The position numbers and the translations under genes are program-made. A DNA stretch of 64,000 nt from an uncultured bacterium (GTDB lineage: Bacteria; Patescibacteriota; Minisyncoccia; Phycocordibacterales; PALSA-1337), in assembly GCA_963851055.1 (NCBI GenBank), contig CAWKMY010000003.1:28261-92260 (forward strand), in the 5' to 3' direction. The stretch's first letter is position 1, and the number at the start of each line of letters is the position of its first letter. Positions 18,767 through 27,696 of the stretch are shown here, piece by piece. A model generated the notes under the pieces. It saw only the letters and a list, made by a program, of their open reading frames with translations. It had not been told where the DNA came from and made no database searches.

Positions 18767-19909
18767 TTAGCGAACAGTGGCTTGCAACTCCGTCTTCGTC
18801 TTATCTATAATCTGATCTTGAATAGCGTTCACCTCCTCATTTGTGAGTGTCCTTTCCGGTGAACGATATGTTATGCGGAATGTATAGCTGACTTTATCTG
18901 CGCCAAATTTCTTGGCGTCTTTGTAAGTATCCAACAATTTCACCTCTTCGATCAGATTGCCCGCGCATTCACGCACGATCTCATAATAGTTATTGAGCTG
19001 AACGTCAGCGCCGACAATAAATGATATATCGCGGACAACCGGCGGATACTTGCTTACTTCCTTGTATTGAGAGTCAATACTCGTAAATTGCCGAGTAATA
19101 CGCGGATCGTCTGACCAAAGTATGCGGATATCTGGAATACCCATCTTTATCATAGCCAACCTCTCGCCGAAGCCGAATGCCCAGCCATTGTAAATCTCTG
19201 GGTCTAATCCGAACTTCTTCAATACAATAGGGTTAACCAGGCCTGCCCCGTTGACCTCTAGCCAATTGCCATTGAACATGATATCCATCTCGAGGCTTTG
19301 GACTGTGTAAGGAAAATCGTCGTCGAGAAATTGATACTCTATTCCCTGTCCGAATATTCCCTTGGCTAGATCAACCTGAACTTCTTTCAAGTCATCCTGG
19401 GTGATTATCTTCTTGGATTTTTTGCATATCAAAAGGCCGTCTATCTGGTGAAAAGCCGGAAAATGGTGCCTATCTATCTCGTCTTTTCTGAAAACGATAC
19501 CAGGAGACAAAGCCTTAATTTCTCCTTCTGTCTCTAACCTTTTCAAGACTTCAGAATCTTTAAGATAGAAAGACCAGAAAGCAGTCATCTGTGTGCGCAG
19601 AAGGCGGTCTTCAGAGACATAATAAGTATCAGTCTCCCTCCTGGACGGATGATCTTTCGGCGTATTCAGAAGGTCGAAATCCTGTTCGACTGTGACTATG
19701 CGCGGAAAATCCACTATGTCGAAATCCTGGAATCTCGGCAGATCCAGAACCGCATCCACCAGAAATTTTACCGGCGAGCCTGGCTTCTTGGTCAGATCCG
19801 GCAAAGCCAAAAGGCGCTTCATGCGCAGGCTCTTGAAATCAGAGCGCTTATCCAATGCAGCAAGAACCTCTTTCTCCGCCTGATCTTTGATGGAAATTAT
19901 ATGCCTCAT
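18767..19909 (-). CDS. pheS: Phenylalanine--tRNA ligase, single-chain form (PheS catalytic core fused to FDX-ACB anticodon-binding domain)
   Basis: Class II motifs FRKDEIDRHHFPAFHQIDG and AFGFGERLAMIKMG. The C-terminal ~95 aa, YPPVVRDISFIV...KVSYTFRITYRSPERTLTNEEV, matches the FDX-ACB fold normally found at the end of PheT. No pheT lies adjacent. The alternative TTG start is at 19933. Confidence 0.85.
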   Translation of the reverse strand: MRHIISIKDQAEKEVLAALDKRSDFKSLRMKRLLALPDLTKKPGSPVKFLVDAVLDLPRFQDFDIVDFPRIVTVEQDFDLLNTPKDHPSRRETDTYYVSEDRLLRTQMTAFWSFYLKDSEVLKRLETEGEIKALSPGIVFRKDEIDRHHFPAFHQIDGLLICKKSKKIITQDDLKEVQVDLAKGIFGQGIEYQFLDDDFPYTVQSLEMDIMFNGNWLEVNGAGLVNPIVLKKFGLDPEIYNGWAFGFGERLAMIKMGIPDIRILWSDDPRITRQFTSIDSQYKEVSKYPPVVRDISFIVGADVQLNNYYEIVRECAGNLIEEVKLLDTYKDAKKFGADKVSYTFRITYRSPERTLTNEEVNAIQDQIIDKTKTELQATVR

Positions 19910-19966
19910 ATAGTGTGCATAGTACTCTAACAAAAAAGGCGGGATATTTCACCTACATTCAGTGAT

Positions 19967-19995
19967 TTGAGTAAAGCGCTGATTTGTAATACAAT
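19967..19995 (+). promoter_or_regulatory. Sigma70-like promoter (TTGAGT-17 nt-TACAAT) for the GT2 gene
   Basis: ttgagt at 19967-19972 and tacaat at 19990-19995, 9 nt before ATG 20004. Confidence 0.45.
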
Positions 19996-20003
19996 ACAAC
20001 CTT

Positions 20004-21245
20004 ATGAATCCAGTACTTTCGACTATAGTCGAGATATTCCTCTTTGCTTCGCTATATGTCCAAGTCTTTCTGATAATCACTCTCATTGAACACAGGGATA
20101 GCCTGAAGAATAAGCCGCAAAGGACGGCATTCAATTACCATTCTTTACCAACAGTCTCCGTCATAGTGCCATGTTTCAATGAAGAAGCCACGGTCATCGG
20201 CACAATAGACTCTCTGAAGAGGCTTAATTACCCTGCAGAAAAATTGTCGATCATCGCCGTAGACGACGGCTCTACTGACGACACCTGGTCTTATTTGAAA
20301 AGGTATGAAAATGATCCGCGGATAAAGATTTTGCAAAAAGAGAATGGCGGCAAGCATACAGCGGTCAATCTGGGTATCGCGAATAGCCAGAGCGACATTG
20401 TCGGCTGTCTAGATGCAGACTCTTTCGTTCACCCGGAAGCTTTAAATCGTATGGTGACATTATTCAACGATCCAAAAGTCATGGCCGTCACTCCGGCTAT
20501 CAGAGTCCGCACGCCTAAAAATATCCTCGAGCATATCCAGCACGCCGAATACAATATCGGCATATTTCTGCGAAAAATGTACTCGACTATCAACGCCATA
20601 CACGTCACGCCTGGACCATTCTCCATGTTCCGCAGATCGGTGTTCTCTATCGTAGGGCCATTCAAGAGCGCTTACAATACCGAGGATCTGGAGATGGCCC
20701 TTCGTTTGCACAGGCATAATCTGACTATAGAGAATGCGGAACATGCTTATGTCTACACAACTCCGCCATCTACTATTCGGGCTCTCATCAAACAGCGTGT
20801 CCGCTGGATCACGGGTTTTCTGCTCAATGTCCGGGACTACCGCGATATGCTCTTCAGCCGCAAGCATGGCCAGATAGGCACATTCACATTGCCGGCCGGC
20901 GTCCTGTCCCTCGTCACACTGATGTTCTTTGCCGGTTATTCTCTGGTCAATGCCGCTACTTCGACTGCTACAAATATCAGGCAGTGGCAACTCATAGGCT
21001 GGTCATGGCATTGGCCGACTTTCCAACTGTTCTTCGTCAATACAACGACTATCCGCCTTTTGACTTTTGCCTTGGTCATTTGTGCCGTAGCCTTCATCTT
21101 CTTCGGCAAACGCATAGCCAGTGGCTCATGGAAGCCGTCCCGGGATATGTTCGCCTATGCTTTGCTCTACGGCTTCATCGCACCAGTCTGGGTAGCGATA
21201 TCGTGGTGCAGAGCCGCGACACAAAGAGTTGGAAGTTGGCGATAA
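20004..21245 (+). CDS. Processive family-2 glycosyltransferase (cellulose/chitin/PNAG-synthase-like)
   Basis: VSVIVPCFNEE, DDGSTDDT, LDADS and the QRVRW (QxxRW) signature. TM helices at both the N- and C-termini. Confidence 0.8.
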   Translation: MNPVLSTIVEIFLFASLYVQVFLIITLIEHRDSLKNKPQRTAFNYHSLPTVSVIVPCFNEEATVIGTIDSLKRLNYPAEKLSIIAVDDGSTDDTWSYLKRYENDPRIKILQKENGGKHTAVNLGIANSQSDIVGCLDADSFVHPEALNRMVTLFNDPKVMAVTPAIRVRTPKNILEHIQHAEYNIGIFLRKMYSTINAIHVTPGPFSMFRRSVFSIVGPFKSAYNTEDLEMALRLHRHNLTIENAEHAYVYTTPPSTIRALIKQRVRWITGFLLNVRDYRDMLFSRKHGQIGTFTLPAGVLSLVTLMFFAGYSLVNAATSTATNIRQWQLIGWSWHWPTFQLFFVNTTTIRLLTFALVICAVAFIFFGKRIASGSWKPSRDMFAYALLYGFIAPVWVAISWCRAATQRVGSWR

Positions 21246-21299
21246 GACCAATAACCCAGACCATTTTGCCATAGCATTAGTGTATGCTAATGTCATCCC

Positions 21300-21995
21300 A
21301 TGACCTCCTACCGCAAATATCTGACCGCTTTCGTCATTACCGCCATCATATTCCTAGGCGTGACTTTGGTCAGCAATTATTTCGACAATCAGCGTATCAA
21401 TGAGATAAAGACTATTCAGGATGGTATATCCATGAACATACTTTCTTCCGAGACGCAATTCGACCTTCTAAAAGAAACGCCGTGCGATGACTTGAGTAAC
21501 TCTTCATTGTCACAGCAATTGGATACCCTCGGCGCTCAAGTTTCATATCTGGAAAGCACACGTGGTTCCGACGATGCCCAAGTCATACAGTTAAAGCAGG
21601 AATACTCTCTGCTCGAGATCAAGGACTTTATTCTCATGCAGAATCTAACTGATAAATGCGGCATCAAGCCTGTATTTGTATTGTATTTCTATTCCAATAA
21701 AGGCGACTGCCCCGATTGTTCAAATGCCGGTGCCGTCTTGACTGCTTTGCGCCAAGATTACCCGGAGGTGCGAGTATATTCATTCGACTATAATTCGGGT
21801 GTATCGGCAGTGGACACTCTAGAGGGTATATACAATGTCAAAGCCAAGTTTCCTGCTCTGGTCATACATAATAAGCCGACTTATGGCTTGAAATCGTTGT
21901 CGGATATTGAAGGATTGATGCCGGAGTTGGCCAAGATGGCGACGAGTACTGAGGCGACGACGACTATTGCAAATTTAAAAGAAGCAAATAAGTAG
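21300..21995 (+). CDS. Membrane-anchored thioredoxin-fold protein (CPDC motif)
   Basis: N-terminal TM helix and a C-terminal domain with YFYSNKGDCPDCSNAGAVL, a CxxC in thioredoxin-like context. Confidence 0.5.
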   Translation: MTSYRKYLTAFVITAIIFLGVTLVSNYFDNQRINEIKTIQDGISMNILSSETQFDLLKETPCDDLSNSSLSQQLDTLGAQVSYLESTRGSDDAQVIQLKQEYSLLEIKDFILMQNLTDKCGIKPVFVLYFYSNKGDCPDCSNAGAVLTALRQDYPEVRVYSFDYNSGVSAVDTLEGIYNVKAKFPALVIHNKPTYGLKSLSDIEGLMPELAKMATSTEATTTIANLKEANK

Positions 21996-22220
21996 GATCC
22001 GGGTGTTTTTTAATTAATTTGTTTATGTTTGTTGGCCCTGCAGACGAGTCTTCCTGGACAAAATTCGACAAGCAACAAATAAAAAGCCGCCAAGTCTATT
22101 GACGAGGCGGCGGAAATCGTAGGCAGCCCGAGGAAACTACATTGCGATCGCTGTCGCATCACGATCACGGTCGTGAATACATAGTTTCCATCGGGCGCCA
22201 AAATTATCATGATGAAGCAC

Positions 22221-22625
22221 TCAATAACCGTCATCACCCCACCGAGGCGAATAGACCCATTTTCCACTGATATAACGGTGGTAATTGCGGGTATGGCGAT
22301 GTCCCGGAACAGCCTTCCATCCTTCTTGCCCTTCAAATAAAACAGTGACGGGTTTAAAACCACGTCGCCGTTCAAAAACAGTTTCTAAGGCAACCATACT
22401 GTTTTGGACTTTTTCCAGTTCTGCGCGAGTAAGCCATTTATTCGGATCCAGAGGAGATCGGTGGACTTCAATACGGCCGGTTGAGCCGTTAAGCTTCCAA
22501 GCGACCTTGTCCTTGGATGTTGGAGCTGTGCCACCATAACGCTTGCGCGTAATCGGCAAAACTTGTTCGGTTTCAAGTTTGGGGACCGGTTGATCCCCCC
22601 TTAAGAGTCTTTGACTTAGCATCAT
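22221..22625 (-). CDS. Hypothetical protein, probably frameshifted at a T5 run near 22375
   Basis: The first ~83 codons look protein-like (…KWLTRAELEKVQNSMVALETVF). After the T5 run the R/H/W-rich tail looks out of frame, while the overlapping ORF 22010..22375 (NGDVVLNPSLFYLKGKKDGRLFRDIAIPAITTVISVENGSIRLGG) looks coding. Confidence 0.3.
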   Translation of the reverse strand: MMLSQRLLRGDQPVPKLETEQVLPITRKRYGGTAPTSKDKVAWKLNGSTGRIEVHRSPLDPNKWLTRAELEKVQNSMVALETVFERRRGFKPVTVLFEGQEGWKAVPGHRHTRNYHRYISGKWVYSPRWGDDGY

Positions 22626-22895
22626 ATTGATTTGTGTGGTTTGAAGGTTCTACATTCCGTCCTCATTCCCAACGCTATCACGCGGCGGGATGAACGAAAC
22701 GGGCGCCCTGTGGTTGGGAGCCCGTTTTTGTAAATAATTTCTCGAGAGATTCTTTACAAAGGCTGGCTTCCAACGCGCATGTCGACGACGACATACGAGG
22801 AGGTGACCTTAATTGCCTTGGTAAAGCGGATATTCATAGTTGTGTCCTAATGCTAGCGCTGACTAATCTCCGTGTCAAACGCAGGAAAAGTGGAT

Positions 22896-22930
22896 AAAAA
22901 AGACCGCCAGAAACCCAGTGTTTCGGCGGC
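22896..22930 (-). terminator. Rho-independent terminator after the transketolase C-terminal subunit gene
   Basis: The minus strand reads gccgccgaaac-actgg-gtttctggcggt followed by cttttttat. Confidence 0.7.
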
Positions 22931-22994
22931 TAGTGGCTCAAAATAGGAACAGAAGGAAATTATAAATGGGTAAACCGGTATCCGTATTTTTGCA

Positions 22995-24014
22995 CTACTT
23001 CCTCAACATGACCTTGTGGACAGCTTCAGTGATGCTCTTTTCCCCCATTCCATACAATTCTATAAGTTCTTCGGGCGTGCCGGATTGGCCGAACTGATCT
23101 CTGACGCCGATGAATTCGATCGGCACCGGGAAATGAGCAGCCAAGCATTCCGCCACCGCAGAGCCCATACCGCCGACTATTTGATGTTCTTCGACGGTTA
23201 CGATAGCGCGCGATTCATGTGCAAGTCTCACAATAGCGTCTTCGTCTAAAGGTTTTATGGTTGCCAAATTCATAACCACTACTTTCTTGCCGGCTTCATC
23301 CAATTTCTTCGCAACCAATAGAGCTTTGTGAAGTAATGCGCCAGTGGCAATGATACCGACATCGAGTTTTGCCTCCTCTTTTTTGCCAGCTTCCTGCTTC
23401 TTACTCCTAAATACTATCGCCGCCTTCCCTATAGCAAACGGCGTCTCTTCTGTGGTCATAATCGGCGTGTTATTACGTGCCAATCTAATATATGTCGGTT
23501 GATCAGTCTTGGCGGCCGCTACCGTAGCCTTACGTGCCTCAATGGCGTCGCACGGTGAGATGACAACCATTCTCGGAATAACACGTGTGATAGCAATATC
23601 TTCAATAGCCTGATGCGTGCCTCCATCAGGTCCGACTGAAATTCCAGCATGAGAACCAGCTATCTTTACCGGTCTATTATTGTAAGCAATAGTTGTCCTG
23701 ATCTGCTCCCAATTCCTGCCGGGGCTGAACATTGCATATGAAGTAATGAATGGGATCTTGCCCATAGCGGCCAAGCCTGAAGCAACACCTGCCATGCTCT
23801 GCTCCGCAATGCCAATTTCGATGAATCTATCAGGAAATTTCTGCTTGAAAGCCAGCATGTGCGTCGACTCGGTCAAATCTGCGCAAAGTCCAACCACGCG
23901 CTTGTCTGCTTCAGCTGCTTTGATCAAGCCTTCACCAAAACCTTTGCGGATAGGTTGAAGCTCGACGGTGACGTCGAAGAGTTTGGGATTGAGTTTTAAG
24001 TCGGGGGTAAGCAT
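22995..24014 (-). CDS. tkt: Transketolase, C-terminal (pyrimidine-binding) subunit
   Basis: FIEIGIAEQSMAGVASGLA and GSHAGISVGPDGGTHQAIEDIA, plus the C-terminal transketolase domain. Confidence 0.9.
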   Translation of the reverse strand: MLTPDLKLNPKLFDVTVELQPIRKGFGEGLIKAAEADKRVVGLCADLTESTHMLAFKQKFPDRFIEIGIAEQSMAGVASGLAAMGKIPFITSYAMFSPGRNWEQIRTTIAYNNRPVKIAGSHAGISVGPDGGTHQAIEDIAITRVIPRMVVISPCDAIEARKATVAAAKTDQPTYIRLARNNTPIMTTEETPFAIGKAAIVFRSKKQEAGKKEEAKLDVGIIATGALLHKALLVAKKLDEAGKKVVVMNLATIKPLDEDAIVRLAHESRAIVTVEEHQIVGGMGSAVAECLAAHFPVPIEFIGVRDQFGQSGTPEELIELYGMGEKSITEAVHKVMLRK

Positions 24015-24164
24015 TTATTTAAATTCCTCAATCATCTCCTCATAACATCGCTTACACACATGCCACTTCTTCACCATTCCATCCTTATCTGGCGGACTGA
24101 ATAATATCCCGCCAAATTGAGTCAATTCTTTCTTGCATTTGTCGCAGACAGGTTTAATAGCCAC
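24015..24164 (-). CDS. Possible 49-aa zinc-ribbon protein
   Basis: Hand translation from GTG 24164: VAIKPVCDKCKKELTQFGGILFSPPDKDGMVKKWHVCKRCYEEMIEEFK, with two CxxC pairs. Its TAA is directly followed by the tkt-C ATG (TAAATG). I saw no clear RBS. Confidence 0.35.
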   Translation of the reverse strand: MAIKPVCDKCKKELTQFGGILFSPPDKDGMVKKWHVCKRCYEEMIEEFK

Positions 24165-24185
24165 GCGTCAATTATACCACGACTA

Positions 24186-24473
24186 TTAAGCTCTCACGAT
24201 CTTGAGCTTCAGACCAAGTCCAGCCAAGAGCTTCTGGATCATGGCGAAAGTAGAACTGATGGAACCAGATTCTATGCGTGCCAAAGCAGATTGTTTGATA
24301 CCGATCTTTTCAGCCAATTGTTTTTGAGTCAGATTTTCCTTTATACGCGCTTCTATAATAGCATCGTAAATAGCAAACTCGGGCTCAAGGGCATCGTATG
24401 CCTCTTTATACCCCGGCCTTTTCATAAGTTCGGCGTGGACTTCTTTGTGAGTTGTTTGTCCTTTGAGTTTCAT
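24186..24473 (-). CDS. higA: XRE-family HTH antitoxin (HigA-like)
   Basis: The HTH reads LTQKQLAEKIGIKQSALARIESG. A 95-aa protein directly downstream of a RelE/HigB-like toxin gene. Confidence 0.8.
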   Translation of the reverse strand: MKLKGQTTHKEVHAELMKRPGYKEAYDALEPEFAIYDAIIEARIKENLTQKQLAEKIGIKQSALARIESGSISSTFAMIQKLLAGLGLKLKIVRA

Positions 24474-24500
24474 GATAGCTATTATAACATGGATGTTATA

Positions 24501-24812
24501 TCACGCAAGGTACTGTTTCGGGATATTCTGCGCGTATTCGATATCAGTTCTACGGATAGACCACCTCTTCTTAAAGAAAATATGAAGTAAAAGGGCTTCA
24601 TCCTTGTGAAAAGCATACATAACTCGTATTTGCCTGGCTCCTTTGACTCTTAATTCAAATAATCCGCCGCCTATGCCTTTTGAGTGGGGCATCCGTAATT
24701 CATTTCCGCACTTTTCCAATATCTTAATAACTTGGTCGACACGTGAAGCCGTCTGGCTGTCTAAGCCTAAAATAAAATCTCTTATGCCGCCGTGTGTATA
24801 AATTATTTCCAC
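24501..24812 (-). CDS. higB: RelE/ParE-superfamily toxin (HigB / phage Gp49-like)
   Basis: 103 aa. PHSKGIGGGLFELRVKGARQIRVMYAFHKDEALLLHIFFKK is the typical Gp49/HigB core, and the toxin-first gene order matches HigBA. Confidence 0.75.
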   Translation of the reverse strand: MEIIYTHGGIRDFILGLDSQTASRVDQVIKILEKCGNELRMPHSKGIGGGLFELRVKGARQIRVMYAFHKDEALLLHIFFKKRWSIRRTDIEYAQNIPKQYLA

Positions 24813-24862
24813 GCAAAAAAATCATGTTAATAACGATAACATCTGTAATTATACCATCCGTG

Positions 24863-25753
24863 TCAAGAATTATGCGGCGATTCAATACGACCTCCGAGCG
24901 TCCTAACCTCCCCAAGCGCCCGTCTTGCCGTCTCTATCTCCTCCGGCGTCGTCGGCGGCTTGCCATGCCATTCATACTTGCGCTCGAATTCAGGGATGCC
25001 CTTTGAAGGAATTGTATTGGCGATAATGACTGACGGCTTATCAAATACCGCTTGAGCCACACCTATTGCACGGTCAATATCGCGGAAATTGTGGCCGTCT
25101 ATCTCCTGCACATGCCAGTTGAATGCTCGCAATTTATCAGCTAAAGGATTGAGTGGCATTATATCTTCAGTAAAACCATCTATCTGTATATTATTTCGGT
25201 CGATTATGACTGTGAGATTCTGCAGCTTTTCTTTGCCGCCGAGCATGAATGCTTCCCAATTCATGCCTTCATCGAGTTCACCATCGCCGGTTAGACAGTA
25301 AAATTGTTTGCCGGACGAGCGACCATTATCCATTCTATCTGCTATGGCCATGCCGACAGCCTGCGACAATCCTTCGCCGAGAGGACCTGAAGAAGTCTCG
25401 AGCATCGGCAACCAATCGCGGTGAGGATGGCCCTGAAGGCGGCTGCCTAGCTTGCGCAAAGTCTTGAGTTCAGCTATAGGAAAATATCCAGCGTGTGCCA
25501 TGGTTGCATAAAGGACTGGGCAAATGTGGCCGTTGGAAAGTATGAGCCGGTCGCGATACTCCCAATCGGGCTTCTTTGGATCGTGCTTCAGTGCGTGGAA
25601 GTAAAGGTATGTAAATATGTCCGCCATATCGAGAGGGCCGGCGGTATGGCCGGATTTCGCTTCTATGAGCGATTCGAGTATGGAACGGCGGATGTCGAGA
25701 GCTTTCTTCGTAAGAAACGCGATTTTTTCGTCAGTGAGAGGGGTTGTGGGCAT
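24863..25753 (-). CDS. tkt: Transketolase, N-terminal (TPP-binding) subunit
   Basis: GHTAGPLDMADIF, LSNGH, GDGELDEG and IIDRNNIQIDG. Confidence 0.9.
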   Translation of the reverse strand: MPTTPLTDEKIAFLTKKALDIRRSILESLIEAKSGHTAGPLDMADIFTYLYFHALKHDPKKPDWEYRDRLILSNGHICPVLYATMAHAGYFPIAELKTLRKLGSRLQGHPHRDWLPMLETSSGPLGEGLSQAVGMAIADRMDNGRSSGKQFYCLTGDGELDEGMNWEAFMLGGKEKLQNLTVIIDRNNIQIDGFTEDIMPLNPLADKLRAFNWHVQEIDGHNFRDIDRAIGVAQAVFDKPSVIIANTIPSKGIPEFERKYEWHGKPPTTPEEIETARRALGEVRTLGGRIESPHNS

Positions 25754-25795
25754 CGCTATTATTATAACACTTTAGTTGACTAAAGCAGCTATGGT

Positions 25796-26476
25796 CTAGA
25801 GCATTTGAAATTCTGCAATAGCCGAAAGCGGATTCTCCGCTGCAAAAATGGCTGACCCGACAACGAGTCTATCTGCCCCAGCATCAATTAGCGAGCTCGC
25901 ATTATCTAGTGAGACGCCGCCATCTACGGAAATGAGCAAGTCTGGAAAAGCTTTTTTAATAGCTGCCACCTTTTTGACCACTTTTTCATCAAAAGCCTGA
26001 TGCTGGAATCCCACATTGTCTATGCCCATACATTGAACAAATTGGACCTTGCCTACAGCCACACCAAATTTCGGATCTTTAAGTATTTCGACTGGCGTAT
26101 CTATATTCAAAGCCAAACCAACATCTATGCGGCCAACTAACTTTTCAACCGCTTCCGCAACATTCCCTTTCGCCTCTATGTGGATGATCACGCGTGCGGC
26201 ACCAGCGGATACCCAGTCATCAACAATTTTCTCTGGATTATTCACCATGAGGTCGAACTCATAATCAACTTCTTCCCAAGCAGGCAATGCTTCATCTTCA
26301 CGGATGATTTGCTCAAAAGTATTATCTTTCTTCTTGTACGGCCAAGTAAAGCTCGGCACGAAATGTCCATCGCATATGTCCACCTGCACGATCTTCGTCG
26401 CGCCTTTTATGAGACTGACTTTATCTTCGATTTCGGCGAAGTCCTGCGGTAGGATGGCGGGGATGATTTCTGCCAT
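25796..26476 (-). CDS. rpe: Ribulose-phosphate 3-epimerase
   Basis: IIPAILPQ, VDICDGHFVP, DLMVNNPE and SVDGGVSLDN. ATG 26476 preferred over TTG 26485. Confidence 0.9.
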   Translation of the reverse strand: MAEIIPAILPQDFAEIEDKVSLIKGATKIVQVDICDGHFVPSFTWPYKKKDNTFEQIIREDEALPAWEEVDYEFDLMVNNPEKIVDDWVSAGAARVIIHIEAKGNVAEAVEKLVGRIDVGLALNIDTPVEILKDPKFGVAVGKVQFVQCMGIDNVGFQHQAFDEKVVKKVAAIKKAFPDLLISVDGGVSLDNASSLIDAGADRLVVGSAIFAAENPLSAIAEFQML

Positions 26477-26477
26477 A

Positions 26478-26939
26478 TTATTCAATTGAATCTATCTCCT
26501 CTATCCGTCTCTTATGCCTCTCTTCACCACTAAAAGGCGTCTCTAACCATTCTATAACAGCCTCTTTAGCCTCTTCTTCAGTAACAAATCCAGCACCAAT
26601 AGAAAGGACATTTGCATCATTATGCTCACGCGATAATTTCAACACTTCATGATTGCCGCCATACCAGACCGCGGCTCTGACTCCGGGATATCTATTCGCA
26701 ACGACGGCCTCACCTTCTCCGGACTTTCCGAATATTATCGCCCTTGAATGTCCACCCATGTCTTCTGCTATCTTCAGAGCCGCCTGCGACATGAATGCAG
26801 GATAATCGTCGTCTTCAACATATGCATGTGCGCCAATATCATCTATGGCAAAGCCTTTATCATGCAGGAAAGCCTTGATGGCTTCTTTCAACTTGAAGCC
26901 AGCATGATCTGAAGCGAGGATGATGGGATTATTTTTCAT
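26478..26939 (-). CDS. rpiB: Ribose-5-phosphate isomerase B
   Basis: ILASDHAGFKLKE and GKSGEGEAVVANRYPGVRAA. Size and family are typical of RpiB/LacAB. Confidence 0.9.
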   Translation of the reverse strand: MKNNPIILASDHAGFKLKEAIKAFLHDKGFAIDDIGAHAYVEDDDYPAFMSQAALKIAEDMGGHSRAIIFGKSGEGEAVVANRYPGVRAAVWYGGNHEVLKLSREHNDANVLSIGAGFVTEEEAKEAVIEWLETPFSGEERHKRRIEEIDSIE

Positions 26940-27027
26940 AAAGTAATTATAAAATGGTTGAAGTATCGCGTCTAGATTGACTGCTCAGTCTCCATTGATA
27001 GAATTATAGCATGCAAAATACAATCAC

Positions 27028-27519
27028 ATGAGCAGATTCAACCTTAAAAACCCGGAAGATTTTGCATCCGCCAGAACAAAGGCGGAAGTTTTTTACCATT
27101 CATTAGGCGAAGTCTATTGTCCGTATTTCAAAGAAAAGATCGCTTTCAATGCCAAGGGATGGGAACACTTGCAATTCAAGAATCGACAACGATCTAGGCC
27201 GCCAAATGAACAGTATGTTCGGTTCAAATTACTTCCGTTGGTACCGGATATCCTCTCTTTATCTCACACGCTTCAAGGGGTATGTCACACGAAAGGCTTT
27301 GAGTTAATGAACATTAATAGCCGATGGGACAACGTCTTGAAAGAAGTCACTTTCTGGGAATTCATGGCCGTAGCGGAAGACGTACGCATGCGAATAGTCA
27401 TTAAACAGATAGAAGGTGGCAACAAATATTTTTTCAGCGTAATTCCCTTCTGGAAAATAAAGCCTTTGACCAATGAGAGGCTTCTTTATGGTTATTCTTC
27501 TCTATCTTCAGCCGACTAA
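27028..27519 (+). CDS. Hypothetical protein (opposite strand, inside an insertion bracketed by rpiB 5' copies)
   Basis: 163-aa ATG-initiated ORF with protein-like composition and no recognised motif. Confidence 0.5.
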   Translation: MSRFNLKNPEDFASARTKAEVFYHSLGEVYCPYFKEKIAFNAKGWEHLQFKNRQRSRPPNEQYVRFKLLPLVPDILSLSHTLQGVCHTKGFELMNINSRWDNVLKEVTFWEFMAVAEDVRMRIVIKQIEGGNKYFFSVIPFWKIKPLTNERLLYGYSSLSSAD

Positions 27520-27644
27520 TCAAAAAACACCGCGAAGCGATGTCTTTTGAAAGCGTTTGGCTACAGCTTGGAGCCGTGAGAGGGCCTAAACCCTTCCAAA
27601 CGCTGGTACCATGATATCACAAAATATTTTCACAATGCAAGGGC

Positions 27645-27692
27645 CTTGAAGCCAGCGTGGTCGGAAGCGAGGATGATAGGGTGGGATTTCAT
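27645..27692 (-). pseudogene. rpiB: Remnant of a second rpiB 5' end (16 codons)
   Basis: 39 of 48 nt are identical to 26892-26939. It translates to MKSHPIILASDHAGFK, against MKNNPIILASDHAGFK in the intact gene, and then terminates (ALAL*). Sits 4 nt downstream of the preceding gene's stop. Confidence 0.65.
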
Positions 27693-27696
27693 GTTA

